This document shows, in pieces, positions 18,504 to 28,372 of a DNA stretch of 64,000 nucleotides (position 1 is its first letter; every line of letters begins with the position of its first letter). The position numbers were made by a program, and so were the translations under genes. Origin of the DNA: an uncultured delta proteobacterium (GTDB taxonomy: Bacteria > Myxococcota_A > Polyangia > Polyangiales > JAFGIB01). Location: assembly GCA_963778655.1 (NCBI GenBank), contig CAVZVA010000002.1, positions 256,001 through 320,000 on the forward strand, read 5' to 3'. The notes under the pieces are model-generated. The model was not told the origin of the DNA, did not search any database, and saw only the letters and a program-made list of their open reading frames with translations.

Positions 18504-19288
18504 CCCAGGAACAAGGCCCGGCCGCGCGCGAGCCCGCGCCGATCATCCGCTTCGTCGACGTGGGCATGGCGTTCGGCAAGCTGCAGGTGTTCGAGCACCT
18601 CAACCTCGAGGTACGCGAAGGAGAGATCCTGACCCTGCTCGGAGGTAGCGGCTGCGGCAAGAGCGTGCTGCTCAAGATGATCCTGGGCCTGCTGCATTGG
18701 CAGTCCGGCGCCGTGATCGTGGACGGCGAGGACATCACCCAGCACGACGAGGATCAGATGCTGCCGGTGCGGCGCAAGGTGGGCATGCTGTTCCAGAACG
18801 GGGCGCTGTTCGATTCGCTCACCGTCTACGAGAACATCGCCTACCCGCTGCGCGAGCGCGGAGCCAAGGACGAGGCCGTGATGAAGCAGCGCGCCACCGA
18901 GGTGATGGAGATGGTGGGCCTGCCCGGGGTCGGGCAGAAGATGCCGGCAGAGCTGTCGGGCGGCATGCGCAAGCGAATCGCGCTGGCGCGCGCGATCGCG
19001 GTGGCGCCCAAGGTCTTGCTTTACGACGAGCCCACCACCGGGCTCGATCCGATCAACGTGCGCCGTATCAGCGAGCTGATCCTCGATCTCAACCACCGCC
19101 TCAAGGTCACCTCGATCTGCGTGACCCACGACCTCGCGAGCGCGTACATGGTCAGCGATCGGCTGGCGATGATCGCCGATAGACGCGTGATCGCGATCGG
19201 CCCGACCGAGGAGCTGCGCAAGAGCGAGCAGCCGGCCGTGCAGCAGTTCTTGACCGCCATGAACCTGCCCGGCTCGAGGGCCGCATGA
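18500..19288 (+). CDS. mlaF: MlaF-family ABC ATPase
   Basis: GGSGCGKS, FQNGALFDSL, LSGGMRKR, YDEPTTGLDP, VTHD. Confidence 0.92.
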   Translation: MTQEQGPAAREPAPIIRFVDVGMAFGKLQVFEHLNLEVREGEILTLLGGSGCGKSVLLKMILGLLHWQSGAVIVDGEDITQHDEDQMLPVRRKVGMLFQNGALFDSLTVYENIAYPLRERGAKDEAVMKQRATEVMEMVGLPGVGQKMPAELSGGMRKRIALARAIAVAPKVLLYDEPTTGLDPINVRRISELILDLNHRLKVTSICVTHDLASAYMVSDRLAMIADRRVIAIGPTEELRKSEQPAVQQFLTAMNLPGSRAA

Positions 19289-20448
19289 GCCGCGCGTCGG
19301 CGGCGCAGAACCTGCGGGTCGGGCTGTTCCTGGCGTTCGGCCTGTTGCTGGCCGGGGTCGCGATCTTCGCCGTCGGTGAGAAGAGCGGCTTGTTCGAGGG
19401 CAAGACCACGCTCTACGTCTACTTCGGCGACATCAGCGGTCTGGTCGAGGGGGCGCCGGTGCGGCTGGCGGGGCTCGACGTCGGCACCGTCTCGAAGATC
19501 GCGTTTCCCGCCGACATCAAGCAGCAACAGGCGCGGGTCACCCTGTCGATCAAGGACCGCTTCATGGCGCGCATCCGCGCCGACTCGGTCGCGGTGATCG
19601 ACTCCAAGGGGCTACTCGGCGACAAGATCGTCAACCTCACCCTGGGCAGCGCCAGCCAGCCCCAGGTGCCCGCGGGCGGCACGTTGAAGACGCGCGCTGC
19701 GCCATCGATCGAGCATCTGGCCACCAACATCGAGGAGGCGATCGCCTCCATCACCAAAGTGGCCAAGTCCGCGAGCGACGCGATCGAGGGTCTCGGCAGC
19801 GAGCAGGTGCGCAACGACGTGGGCCGTATCGCGGCCTCCACCGCCAACATCCTCGACCAGATCGAGCGTGGGCCCGGCTTCGCGCATCGCGCGCTCTACG
19901 ATCCGAAGTACGGCCAGCAGGTAGAAGGCCTGCTGCTGGACGCGCGCACGGCGATCTCGCGCCTGGGCGACGCTGCGCAGCGCATCGACCACACGGTCGC
20001 TGCGGTGCAGAACGGTGATGGCTTCGCCCACGAGCTGGTCTACGGGGAGACCGGCAAGGCCACGATGCAGCAGCTGCACGATGCGGCGGAGGAGCTGTCC
20101 TCGGTCGTGCACCAGATTCGCGACGGCGACGGCTTGCTGCACAACCTGATCTTCGATCAGGACAACGGTCGCATGGTGGCCGAGCTCGACCAGGCGGCCA
20201 CCCGGCTCAACCACATCATGGGCGAAATCGAGAAGGGACGCGGGACGATCGGCGGGCTGGTGATCGATCCCTCGGTCTACGAGGAGCTCAAGTCGATCCT
20301 GGGCAACGTCGAGCGCAACGTGCTGCTCAAGGCGCTGATCCGCTTCACAATCAAGGAAAACGGCATCGCTCGCCCGGCGCATCTCCAGGTCCGCGAGGTA
20401 CCGCAGGCGCAACCAAGCGCCAGCGGCGCGCAGGCGCAGACGCCGTAG
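19285..20448 (+). CDS. mlaD: MlaD/MCE-domain protein with long helical C-terminus
   Basis: N-terminal TM, GLVEGAPVRLAGLDVGTV, GLLGDKIV; repeated G(F/L)(A/L)HxLxY segments. Confidence 0.88.
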   Translation: MSRASAAQNLRVGLFLAFGLLLAGVAIFAVGEKSGLFEGKTTLYVYFGDISGLVEGAPVRLAGLDVGTVSKIAFPADIKQQQARVTLSIKDRFMARIRADSVAVIDSKGLLGDKIVNLTLGSASQPQVPAGGTLKTRAAPSIEHLATNIEEAIASITKVAKSASDAIEGLGSEQVRNDVGRIAASTANILDQIERGPGFAHRALYDPKYGQQVEGLLLDARTAISRLGDAAQRIDHTVAAVQNGDGFAHELVYGETGKATMQQLHDAAEELSSVVHQIRDGDGLLHNLIFDQDNGRMVAELDQAATRLNHIMGEIEKGRGTIGGLVIDPSVYEELKSILGNVERNVLLKALIRFTIKENGIARPAHLQVREVPQAQPSASGAQAQTP

Positions 20449-20450
20449 GC

Positions 20451-20891
20451 TCAGCCCGGCACGGTGAGCACGGCGCATCCGGCGACGCGTAGCACCCGTT
20501 CGGCCACGCTGCCGAGCAGCATGTGCGCCGCGCCGGAACGGCCGTGGCTGCCGATCACGATCAGGTCTGCGCCGATCTCGCGCGCGAACCCCCACAGCTC
20601 CTCGTGCGCCACACCGGTGCGCAGGTGCCCCCGCAACGGCACCCCACGTGCGGCGTGGCGCGCGACCGCGGCATCGAGCAGGTCCTGAAAGCGAGCCGAG
20701 AGCTCGGTGGTGTGGCTGGCCGACGGCATCAGCGCGCCTTCGAGCGGCAACGTGAAGCTGGGAAGCCCGTACGCGTGCACCAGATCGACCGACGCGCCCA
20801 CCCGTTGCGCCAAGTCCAGCGCGACCTCCAGGGCGTGCTCCGAGGCATCCGAAAAGTCCGTGCCGACAACGATTTTCTCAATCGGCCCCAC
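20451..20891 (-). CDS. Universal stress protein (UspA)
   Basis: KIVVGTDFS, ADLIVIGSHGRS, LLGSVAERV. Confidence 0.9.
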   Translation of the reverse strand: MGPIEKIVVGTDFSDASEHALEVALDLAQRVGASVDLVHAYGLPSFTLPLEGALMPSASHTTELSARFQDLLDAAVARHAARGVPLRGHLRTGVAHEELWGFAREIGADLIVIGSHGRSGAAHMLLGSVAERVLRVAGCAVLTVPG

Positions 20892-20898
20892 GCTCACC

Positions 20899-22323
<1,425 letters not shown>

Positions 22324-22452
22324 GCGGCTACCATCGCTGGCAATCTACCAATCCGGCCGGTCATTTCAACGGGTTGCTGCGAGCACGCTCCGTGCGCCAA
22401 GGGTCCAGCCGGGCGTTCGCGCCGAAGACCGCGGCGCCTGCGGCCCCGGGGC

Positions 22453-23274
22453 TCAGGCCGAGATGCGGATGGACTCGCGGATCTTGGTTTGCGCCTGGTG
22501 CTCGAGCTGGCGCACGCGCTCGCGCGACAAGCCCATGCCGCGCCCGATCGAGGCCAGGCTGACGCTCTCCTCGGCCAGGTAGCGCTCGTGCACGATGTGG
22601 CGCTCGCGCTTGGACAGCGTGCCCAGGGCGCAGTTGACCGCTTGCATCGACCACTCGCGTTGCTCGCGCTCCGCGACTACGGTCTCGGGCGAAGGCGCGT
22701 CGCAGCGCAGGTCGAGCGAACGGCCCTCGGCGTCCACGCCGCAGGGAATGTCGCGGCCGGAAAGCGCGGCCTCCATCTCCTCGACGTCGCGAACACCGAC
22801 ACCGAGCACCTTGGCCACCGCCTCGGCCGTGGGGCGGTCGCCGGTCTGCTGCGCGAGCTCGCGCTGCGTGCGCCGCAAGTTGGCGAGCAGCTTGCGCCCG
22901 TGCCGAGACGACGGCGTGCGCACGATACGGCGGTTGAAGATGGTGTAGCGCCGCATGTACGCGCGGATCCACCAGGCCGCGTAGGCGGCCAGGCGCACGC
23001 CCCGCTCGACGTCGAAGCGCCGTGCGGCCTCCACCAGACCCAGCATGCCTTCGCTCACCAGGTCTTCCAGCGGCAAGCCGTACACGTTGAACTCGTGGGC
23101 GATGGTCAGCACCAGCCGAAGGTGCGCGGTGAGGAGGCGCTCGAAGGCGACCTCCGAGCCGCCGGCCGCTTGCGTGGCCAGGCGCTGCTCCTGCTCGGCG
23201 CTCAACATAGGCGCGCTGCGGGCGGCCTGCTGCAGGGCGCTCAATCCTTGGTCTCGTCGCTCATGTGCCTTCAC
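22453..23274 (-). CDS. RpoH (sigma32)-like group 3 sigma factor
   Basis: DLVSEGMLGLVEAARRFD, YAAWWIRAYM, degenerate RpoH box RKLLANLR, LSRERVRQLE. Confidence 0.88.
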   Translation of the reverse strand: MKAHERRDQGLSALQQAARSAPMLSAEQEQRLATQAAGGSEVAFERLLTAHLRLVLTIAHEFNVYGLPLEDLVSEGMLGLVEAARRFDVERGVRLAAYAAWWIRAYMRRYTIFNRRIVRTPSSRHGRKLLANLRRTQRELAQQTGDRPTAEAVAKVLGVGVRDVEEMEAALSGRDIPCGVDAEGRSLDLRCDAPSPETVVAEREQREWSMQAVNCALGTLSKRERHIVHERYLAEESVSLASIGRGMGLSRERVRQLEHQAQTKIRESIRISA

Positions 23275-23318
23275 GGGGGCCTCCTGCGGTCATCACTGCG
23301 CTCCGCTTTCCCCACATG

Positions 23319-23334
23319 AGCACGGTGCGTGCCA
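23319..23334 (-). promoter_or_regulatory. Sigma54 promoter for the RpoH-like gene
   Basis: TGGCAC-GCACC-GTGCT (GG-N10-GC), 45 nt upstream of the start. Confidence 0.65.
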
Positions 23335-23542
23335 ACCACCCGAGCCACGCGATTCGCGCGGGCTCTCCGGGTGATTTCCGCAGCCAGGCGGCACGCTCGG
23401 CGATGGTTCTGCGCCAGGTGCTTGCGAAAACGCAAATCGTGCGTCGAGCGCCGGCCCGGGTGCGCCTGTGCTTTCGAAATCCGCGACCATCCAGCGCCCT
23501 TACATCCCCCGAAACCAGATGCCCATGAGAATGCGCGGCTCC

Positions 23543-23558
23543 CGGCATGGCGCTTGCA
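23543..23558 (+). promoter_or_regulatory. Sigma54 promoter for the CBS operon
   Basis: CGGCAT-GGCGC-TTGCA (GG-N10-GC), 24 nt upstream of GTG 23582. Confidence 0.65.
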
Positions 23559-23581
23559 TCGAAATCAACGCGAGGGTGGGT

Positions 23582-24394
23582 GTGGAAAGTGATGACACCA
23601 AGCGCGCTACATATCTAAAGGCGGCAACGTTCCGCCGGCTGCAGCATGAGCTATCGGGAGGCGAGCGCGTGCTGGCGGTGTTCTGTCCGCGGCGCGCACA
23701 GGCGATCGACGTGAGGGAGTGTCGCAGCTGCGAGTATTGCGAGGGTCTGTGCGTCGACCCGAGCGAGCGCGAGACCTTCTTGCGCTGCACCTTCGAGGAC
23801 GCCGCCGACGTGGCGCCGGGCATCCCGAGCCAGCTGCCCGGCTCGTCGCGACCGGACGCGGGCGGCTCGGCACGAGAGACTCCGCTGTCGGCTGTGATGA
23901 CCGCGCCCCCGCATTGCGTGGCCCCGGAGGCGAGCGTCGGCGCGGTGACCGCGCTGCTGCTGGAGCAGGGCATCAGCGCGGTACCGGTCGTGGACCCGCG
24001 CGGGCGCGCGGTCGGCATCCTCAGCAAGACCGACGTGCTGCGGCTGTACGGAGGCGAAGACGAGTGGCCCCGCGCGCTGCGGGCGCCGAACGAAGCCGGC
24101 ATGGGGCTCGAGATCGGCTACGGCAACGACTCCGATCCGATCGCCGCACGCCCGGTGAGCGACGTCATGACGCGCCTGGTGTTCGCGCTCGGCTCCGAGG
24201 CCTCGCTGAGCCGTGCCGCCGCGTTGATGGCGTACGAAGGCGTACACCGAATCGTGGTCTGCGGGCCCGACGGCAGCGCGCTCGGCATCGTCTCGTCGCT
24301 CGACATTCTGCGCTGGGTGGCGCGGCGTGACGGATACATCGTGCCCGATCGAACGCGGCAGCAAACCGATTACCCCACGGAGAACAAATCATGA
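23582..24394 (+). CDS. CBS-pair protein with N-terminal Cys-rich (CxxCxxCxxxC) domain
   Basis: FCPRR..ECRSCEYCEGLC..LRC, then ISAVPVVD..GILSKTD and VHRIVV..GIVSSLD; start inferred from SD and promoter. Confidence 0.85.
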   Translation: MESDDTKRATYLKAATFRRLQHELSGGERVLAVFCPRRAQAIDVRECRSCEYCEGLCVDPSERETFLRCTFEDAADVAPGIPSQLPGSSRPDAGGSARETPLSAVMTAPPHCVAPEASVGAVTALLLEQGISAVPVVDPRGRAVGILSKTDVLRLYGGEDEWPRALRAPNEAGMGLEIGYGNDSDPIAARPVSDVMTRLVFALGSEASLSRAAALMAYEGVHRIVVCGPDGSALGIVSSLDILRWVARRDGYIVPDRTRQQTDYPTENKS

Positions 24395-24852
24395 CCGACG
24401 ATCCGGGAAGGCGCGCGCCCTCAGTGGCCGCGTTGATGACGCCGGCGCCGCACTGCATCGGTGCCGATCAAACCCTCGCCCTGGCCGCCGAGCGCATGAG
24501 CGAGCTGCGCGTGCACCACCTGCCGGTGCTCGCCGGCGGCGAGCTGATGGGGGTGGTCAGCGATCGCGACGTCGCGCTGGTCCGCGCGGTGGCGCCCGAC
24601 CAGATGGGACAGCTGAGGGTGGAGGAGGCGATGACCGCGGTGCCGTATTGCGTCGCCCCGGGCACGCCGGTCGCGGAGGTCGCACGGCACATGGCGCTGC
24701 GCAAGCTGGGCTCGGCGATCGTAGTGGAGCAGGGCAAGATTCTCGGCGTGTTCACCACCACCGACGCGCTTCGCGCGCTGGCCGAGGTGCTGGAGGGCGA
24801 CTTTGCGCACTCCCGCTCGAGTCGCAGCGAAGCGATCGCACCCGACGTATAA
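24391..24852 (+). CDS. CBS-pair domain protein
   Basis: VHHLPVL..GVVSDRD, VEEAMT, GVFTTTDAL; paralog of 13987..14415; ATGA overlap. Confidence 0.9.
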   Translation: MTDDPGRRAPSVAALMTPAPHCIGADQTLALAAERMSELRVHHLPVLAGGELMGVVSDRDVALVRAVAPDQMGQLRVEEAMTAVPYCVAPGTPVAEVARHMALRKLGSAIVVEQGKILGVFTTTDALRALAEVLEGDFAHSRSSRSEAIAPDV

Positions 24853-25011
24853 GCTCAGCTGCGTCCGCGGCCAGAAAGGCCGTGCCGGCCGGGACGGCGG
24901 TCAGGGGCCGCGCGGAGGGTTGCTTCGGGCTCGCTTGGTTCCGCTTTTCAAAGCTCGCCCGATGTGTACAGATTCGGGCGATTTCAGGCACACTAGCCAG
25001 GAGCTTCAACC

Positions 25012-25506
25012 ATGCCGGCTATCCGTCGCATTCTCTGTCCCGTAGACTTCTCGGAGGGCTCCGAGCAAGCCCTGCGCTACGCGGTTGAGCTGGCCAAGGC
25101 GGTCGGCGCGTCGGTCACCGTGCTGCACGCGTACGAGACGCCGATGCAGTGGGTGCCCGCCGGAATCGCTTACGACGCCGGTGAGCCCGGCGCGCTGTTC
25201 GACCTCGAACACCAGAAACAGGCGCTGCGCGACAAGCTGGAGGAGACCCGAGCGAACGCCGGCGCAAGCGGGGTCGAGCTGCACGCGACGCTGGTTGAAG
25301 GCCCGGCGGCCCAGACCATCACGGATCAGGCCGGCGAGCTGCAGGCGGACATGCTCGTCATGAGCACCCACGGTCGTCGTGGGCTCGATCACCTGCTGCT
25401 CGGGAGCGTGGCCGAGCGCGTGGTACGCCTGGCCAAGTGCCCCGTGCTCACGTTGCGCATGCAGGAGTCCGAGAGCGCGTCGCCAAGCTCGAAGCCGGCC
25501 AAGTAG
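25012..25506 (+). CDS. Universal stress protein (UspA)
   Basis: RILCPVDFS, DMLVMSTHGRRG, LLGSVAERVVR. Confidence 0.92.
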   Translation: MPAIRRILCPVDFSEGSEQALRYAVELAKAVGASVTVLHAYETPMQWVPAGIAYDAGEPGALFDLEHQKQALRDKLEETRANAGASGVELHATLVEGPAAQTITDQAGELQADMLVMSTHGRRGLDHLLLGSVAERVVRLAKCPVLTLRMQESESASPSSKPAK

Positions 25507-25553
25507 CCGGCGCGGAGAGGCCACGACTACGACCGTCGGCTGAGCTGGACCCC

Positions 25554-26003
25554 TCAGTGCGCGTCGGCTTCGGCGCCTGCGTCTGGGCACTCGTGGCACA
25601 TGCAGTAAGGCTCGCAGCCGTTGGCCGGGTTGCCGTCGCAGTCGTCGAAGCCGTCGTGGCACACGACCAGGGCACAGCTGGCCGTCGAGCCGAACCGCAC
25701 GCAGTCGGCGTCCGCGTTGAGAATGATTTCCTGGCACGCGGCAACGGTGTCCTCGTCGATCTTGCCGTCGCAGTCGTCGTCGACGCGATTGCAGGCCTCC
25801 GGGGTAGACACGCACGCCTCGGCCGCCGCATCGGCAGGCACGCCCCCGTCCAGCTCCATGCCTGGACCGGAGTCGGGCGGCTCCGCATCCTTCTGGGACT
25901 TGGGGTTGGGCGTACGCAGCAGCGCAGAGTTGTACGCGTCACAGCCCAGGAGCAGCAAAGCCAAGGCAGAGACCGCCACCGCGCTGCGAAGAAGGCGTGA
26001 CAT
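25554..26003 (-). CDS. Cys-rich lipoprotein with MopE-related metal-binding motif
   Basis: Lipobox LLGC; EACNRVDDDCDGKIDE and DCDGNPANGCE motifs. Confidence 0.8.
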   Translation of the reverse strand: MSRLLRSAVAVSALALLLLGCDAYNSALLRTPNPKSQKDAEPPDSGPGMELDGGVPADAAAEACVSTPEACNRVDDDCDGKIDEDTVAACQEIILNADADCVRFGSTASCALVVCHDGFDDCDGNPANGCEPYCMCHECPDAGAEADAH

Positions 26004-26342
26004 AGAGCGGACCACGTTCGGGGATCGGCGGCGGAGCCAACCCGGCAGGCGTTCTACACCGAGGACCGCTCGAGTTGAACCGCTGATCGCAACCGGAGCC
26101 GGGTCTGAACCGAGGCGTGGGGCCCCCAGGAATACCCGAAGCATTTCAAGGCCGAAGATGCTTTCGAGGACGAAAGTCGCGAACGCGCCCGCCCGCGAGC
26201 CGCAACCGACCAGGTCATTTGTGCTCGGGTCCTGAGCAGGGCGAGGGCGGGTCAATCCAAGCGGCCAGCGGTGTGAAGCGCCCTGCGCGGTTCGGCAACG
26301 TCCGGGCACCAGGCCGCGGCTGGGCCGGCGGGGGATCCCGCG

Positions 26343-26382
26343 AAAAAAAACCGGCCAGGTGCGGTTGCCCGCCCCTGGCCGG
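26343..26382 (-). terminator. Rho-independent terminator
   Basis: Minus strand ccggccaggggcgg-GCAA-ccgcacctggccgg followed by U8. Confidence 0.85.
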
Positions 26383-26441
26383 GGAGATTGCCGTCTGCAA
26401 GCACGTGGGGAACGCGGTTCGTGTTGCCGACGGCCTTCACT
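26343..26441 (-). ncRNA. Candidate ECF-dependent small RNA (~99 nt)
   Basis: Promoter motif A immediately upstream, 5' hairpin gccgtc..gacggc with a C-rich loop, terminator at the 3' end, no complete ORF inside. Confidence 0.6.
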
Positions 26442-26444
26442 CTG

Positions 26445-26474
26445 TTTAATGCCGCGCACGCGCGGTTCTGTGAT
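26445..26474 (-). promoter_or_regulatory. Putative ECF promoter, motif A copy
   Basis: atcACAGAACC-N11-GCATTAAa. Confidence 0.6.
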
Positions 26475-26622
26475 CCCGGCGGAGCCGCCGGGACGAAATT
26501 CACGGCGGGCGGCGCGCCGCAGCCGGATCCCCGATCAGCGCAGAAGGCGCAGCGAGACGGCGGCCACTCGCAGCCGTAGCCCCGGCCTGGGCCTGGGCCT
26601 GAATCCCGCGGCGCCGTTCCGC

Positions 26623-27690
26623 TCAGCGCTGCTCGACCTTGCCGGTGGCGAGGGCGCGCCGCACGCGGTCGCTGAACGGGCCGTGCGGGTATTGCGTGAG
26701 GTAGGGAGCGGCCAGGCGCTTGGCCTCGTCGAGCCGTCCGAGCTTGACCAGAGCCAGCAACAACAGCTGCCGGCGCTCCTGCGTGAACATGCTGCCACGG
26801 AACTCGGCTTCGCCCTGGCGCGCAAGCCGCAGCGCACGCGCCGGATCGCTGAGCAGCACGCGCTGGGTCATCGCCAACATGCCCATCTCGCGCTCGAGTA
26901 GGACGTCGTCTTGCGCCTCGGGCTCCGGCGGCTGGGCGGCCGGCTGCCGCGCGGTCGGGGGGCGCGGCAGCTCGGGCTGAGCCGCGGGCGCGGGCGCGGG
27001 TTGCACCGCCTGCTGTGCACCGCGCGCGGGTTGCGCGACCTGGAACAAGTCCGTGCCGGTCCCGCCGGGGGCGCTGGCGCTCGTGCCGCTGCCGTCCGCA
27101 GCACGCGCCACGTCCGGCGCGCCGCGCTCGAGCGCGCGCGCGCGGTGCTCGTGCTTGTTGGATGCGGTCTTGGCGCCGGCGTGCGTGCCCCGTGCATGCA
27201 GCAGGCGCGGGGCGTGGCTCGCGCGCGTTCGCTCGGCATCGGCACTCGGCGCAAGCGGCGTGGTCGCCACCGGGGCTGCGGCGGCTGGCACCTGCACCTG
27301 CGCCACCTGCGCAGGCTCGACCGGCTGCGGGGCTGGCGCGCGCGCGACAACCGCCTGCGAGGTGACGCTTGGAGCCGAGGCCTGCCGGGGCACGGCGAGC
27401 ATGGCTGCGGCTGCGGCCACGCCAATCAGCACGGGCGCCGCAATCCAGCCGATCAGGCTGCCGCCTGCTGCCGCGGCGGCCGCGCCGGCTCCGCTCGACT
27501 GCAACCCCTTGGCCCATTCCGGCAGCGGCGCACCGGCATCGAGGCGCGCCAGATGCTTGCTCAGCCCGCGCTCGAAATCGTACCCGCGCACGCGCGCGTC
27601 GCGCCCCGCGACCAGCAGCTCGCGCATGTACGACGGCTGCGTCGGATCATCAGCGAGCGGCGTGAGCCTGGGTGCTGCGCGCTTGCTCAT
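26623..27690 (-). CDS. Putative membrane anti-sigma factor with C-terminal TPR-like domain
   Basis: Overlaps the ECF stop (ATGA); one TM helix, Pro/Ala linker, C-terminal LEREM..PARAL..QER..LVKLGR..EA..YLTQYPHGP. Confidence 0.75.
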   Translation of the reverse strand: MSKRAAPRLTPLADDPTQPSYMRELLVAGRDARVRGYDFERGLSKHLARLDAGAPLPEWAKGLQSSGAGAAAAAAGGSLIGWIAAPVLIGVAAAAAMLAVPRQASAPSVTSQAVVARAPAPQPVEPAQVAQVQVPAAAAPVATTPLAPSADAERTRASHAPRLLHARGTHAGAKTASNKHEHRARALERGAPDVARAADGSGTSASAPGGTGTDLFQVAQPARGAQQAVQPAPAPAAQPELPRPPTARQPAAQPPEPEAQDDVLLEREMGMLAMTQRVLLSDPARALRLARQGEAEFRGSMFTQERRQLLLLALVKLGRLDEAKRLAAPYLTQYPHGPFSDRVRRALATGKVEQR

Positions 27691-28268
27691 GAGCGTGCTC
27701 CCTGCATGCGGGCTGCGATGCCGGGGGCTCGTTCCACGCCGAGCGCCGCAGCGGCCTCTTGAAACAGCTTGCGCGCCGCCCGCAGGCGCGAGTACGCGGT
27801 ATCCACCGGGATGCCTAGCCCGGCCGCAATCGCAACCACCGTCTCGCCGTGGATCTCAGCCATGATGAAGATGGCCCGCTTGTCCTCGTCGAGCTGGTCG
27901 AGCGCGTGCTGCAGCAACTGCAGCCGGCGCTGGTTCTCCGCCGCGCGCTCCGGATCCTGCAGCTCTCCCGCGGCCGAGCCGACCAGCTCGTCGTTGGGCC
28001 GCACGAACGCCCGTACCTGCCCCTTGCGGCGGTGGGTGGTGGCCGCGCGCAGGGCGATGTTCGCCAGGTACGTCGTCGGCTTTGCCGGACCTGGGGTGTA
28101 TCCACCCAACTTGTGCGCCACTAGAAACACGTCTTGCATCACGTCGTCGAGATCGGTGCGGGAGATCCCCATCCGCAACAAGAAGCTGGCCACGAAGCCC
28201 GCATACTGCTTAAAGAGGTCCGCTGAGCTGAGGTGTCCATCCACACGCAACGCCTCAGGGTCTCCCAT
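27687..28268 (-). CDS. ECF sigma factor (ECF-1)
   Basis: LFKQYAGFV..DLDDVMQDVFL (region 2); LDQLDEDKRAIF..IAAGLGIPVDTAYSRLRAAR (region 4). Confidence 0.92.
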   Translation of the reverse strand: MGDPEALRVDGHLSSADLFKQYAGFVASFLLRMGISRTDLDDVMQDVFLVAHKLGGYTPGPAKPTTYLANIALRAATTHRRKGQVRAFVRPNDELVGSAAGELQDPERAAENQRRLQLLQHALDQLDEDKRAIFIMAEIHGETVVAIAAGLGIPVDTAYSRLRAARKLFQEAAAALGVERAPGIAARMQGARS

Positions 28269-28271
28269 GCG

Positions 28272-28301
28272 GTTAATGCCTCTGTGCGTCGGATCCGTCA
28301 C
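28272..28301 (-). promoter_or_regulatory. Putative autoregulatory leaderless ECF promoter, motif A
   Basis: gtgACGGATCC-N11-GCATTAAc, with the ATG starting 7 nt after CATT and no SD. Confidence 0.6.
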
Positions 28302-28372
28302 GCTACCCCGAGCAATTGTGCCCCAAAGTCGGGCCATAAACGACCCGGCAACGGCTCGTTCCTCGCGATTCA

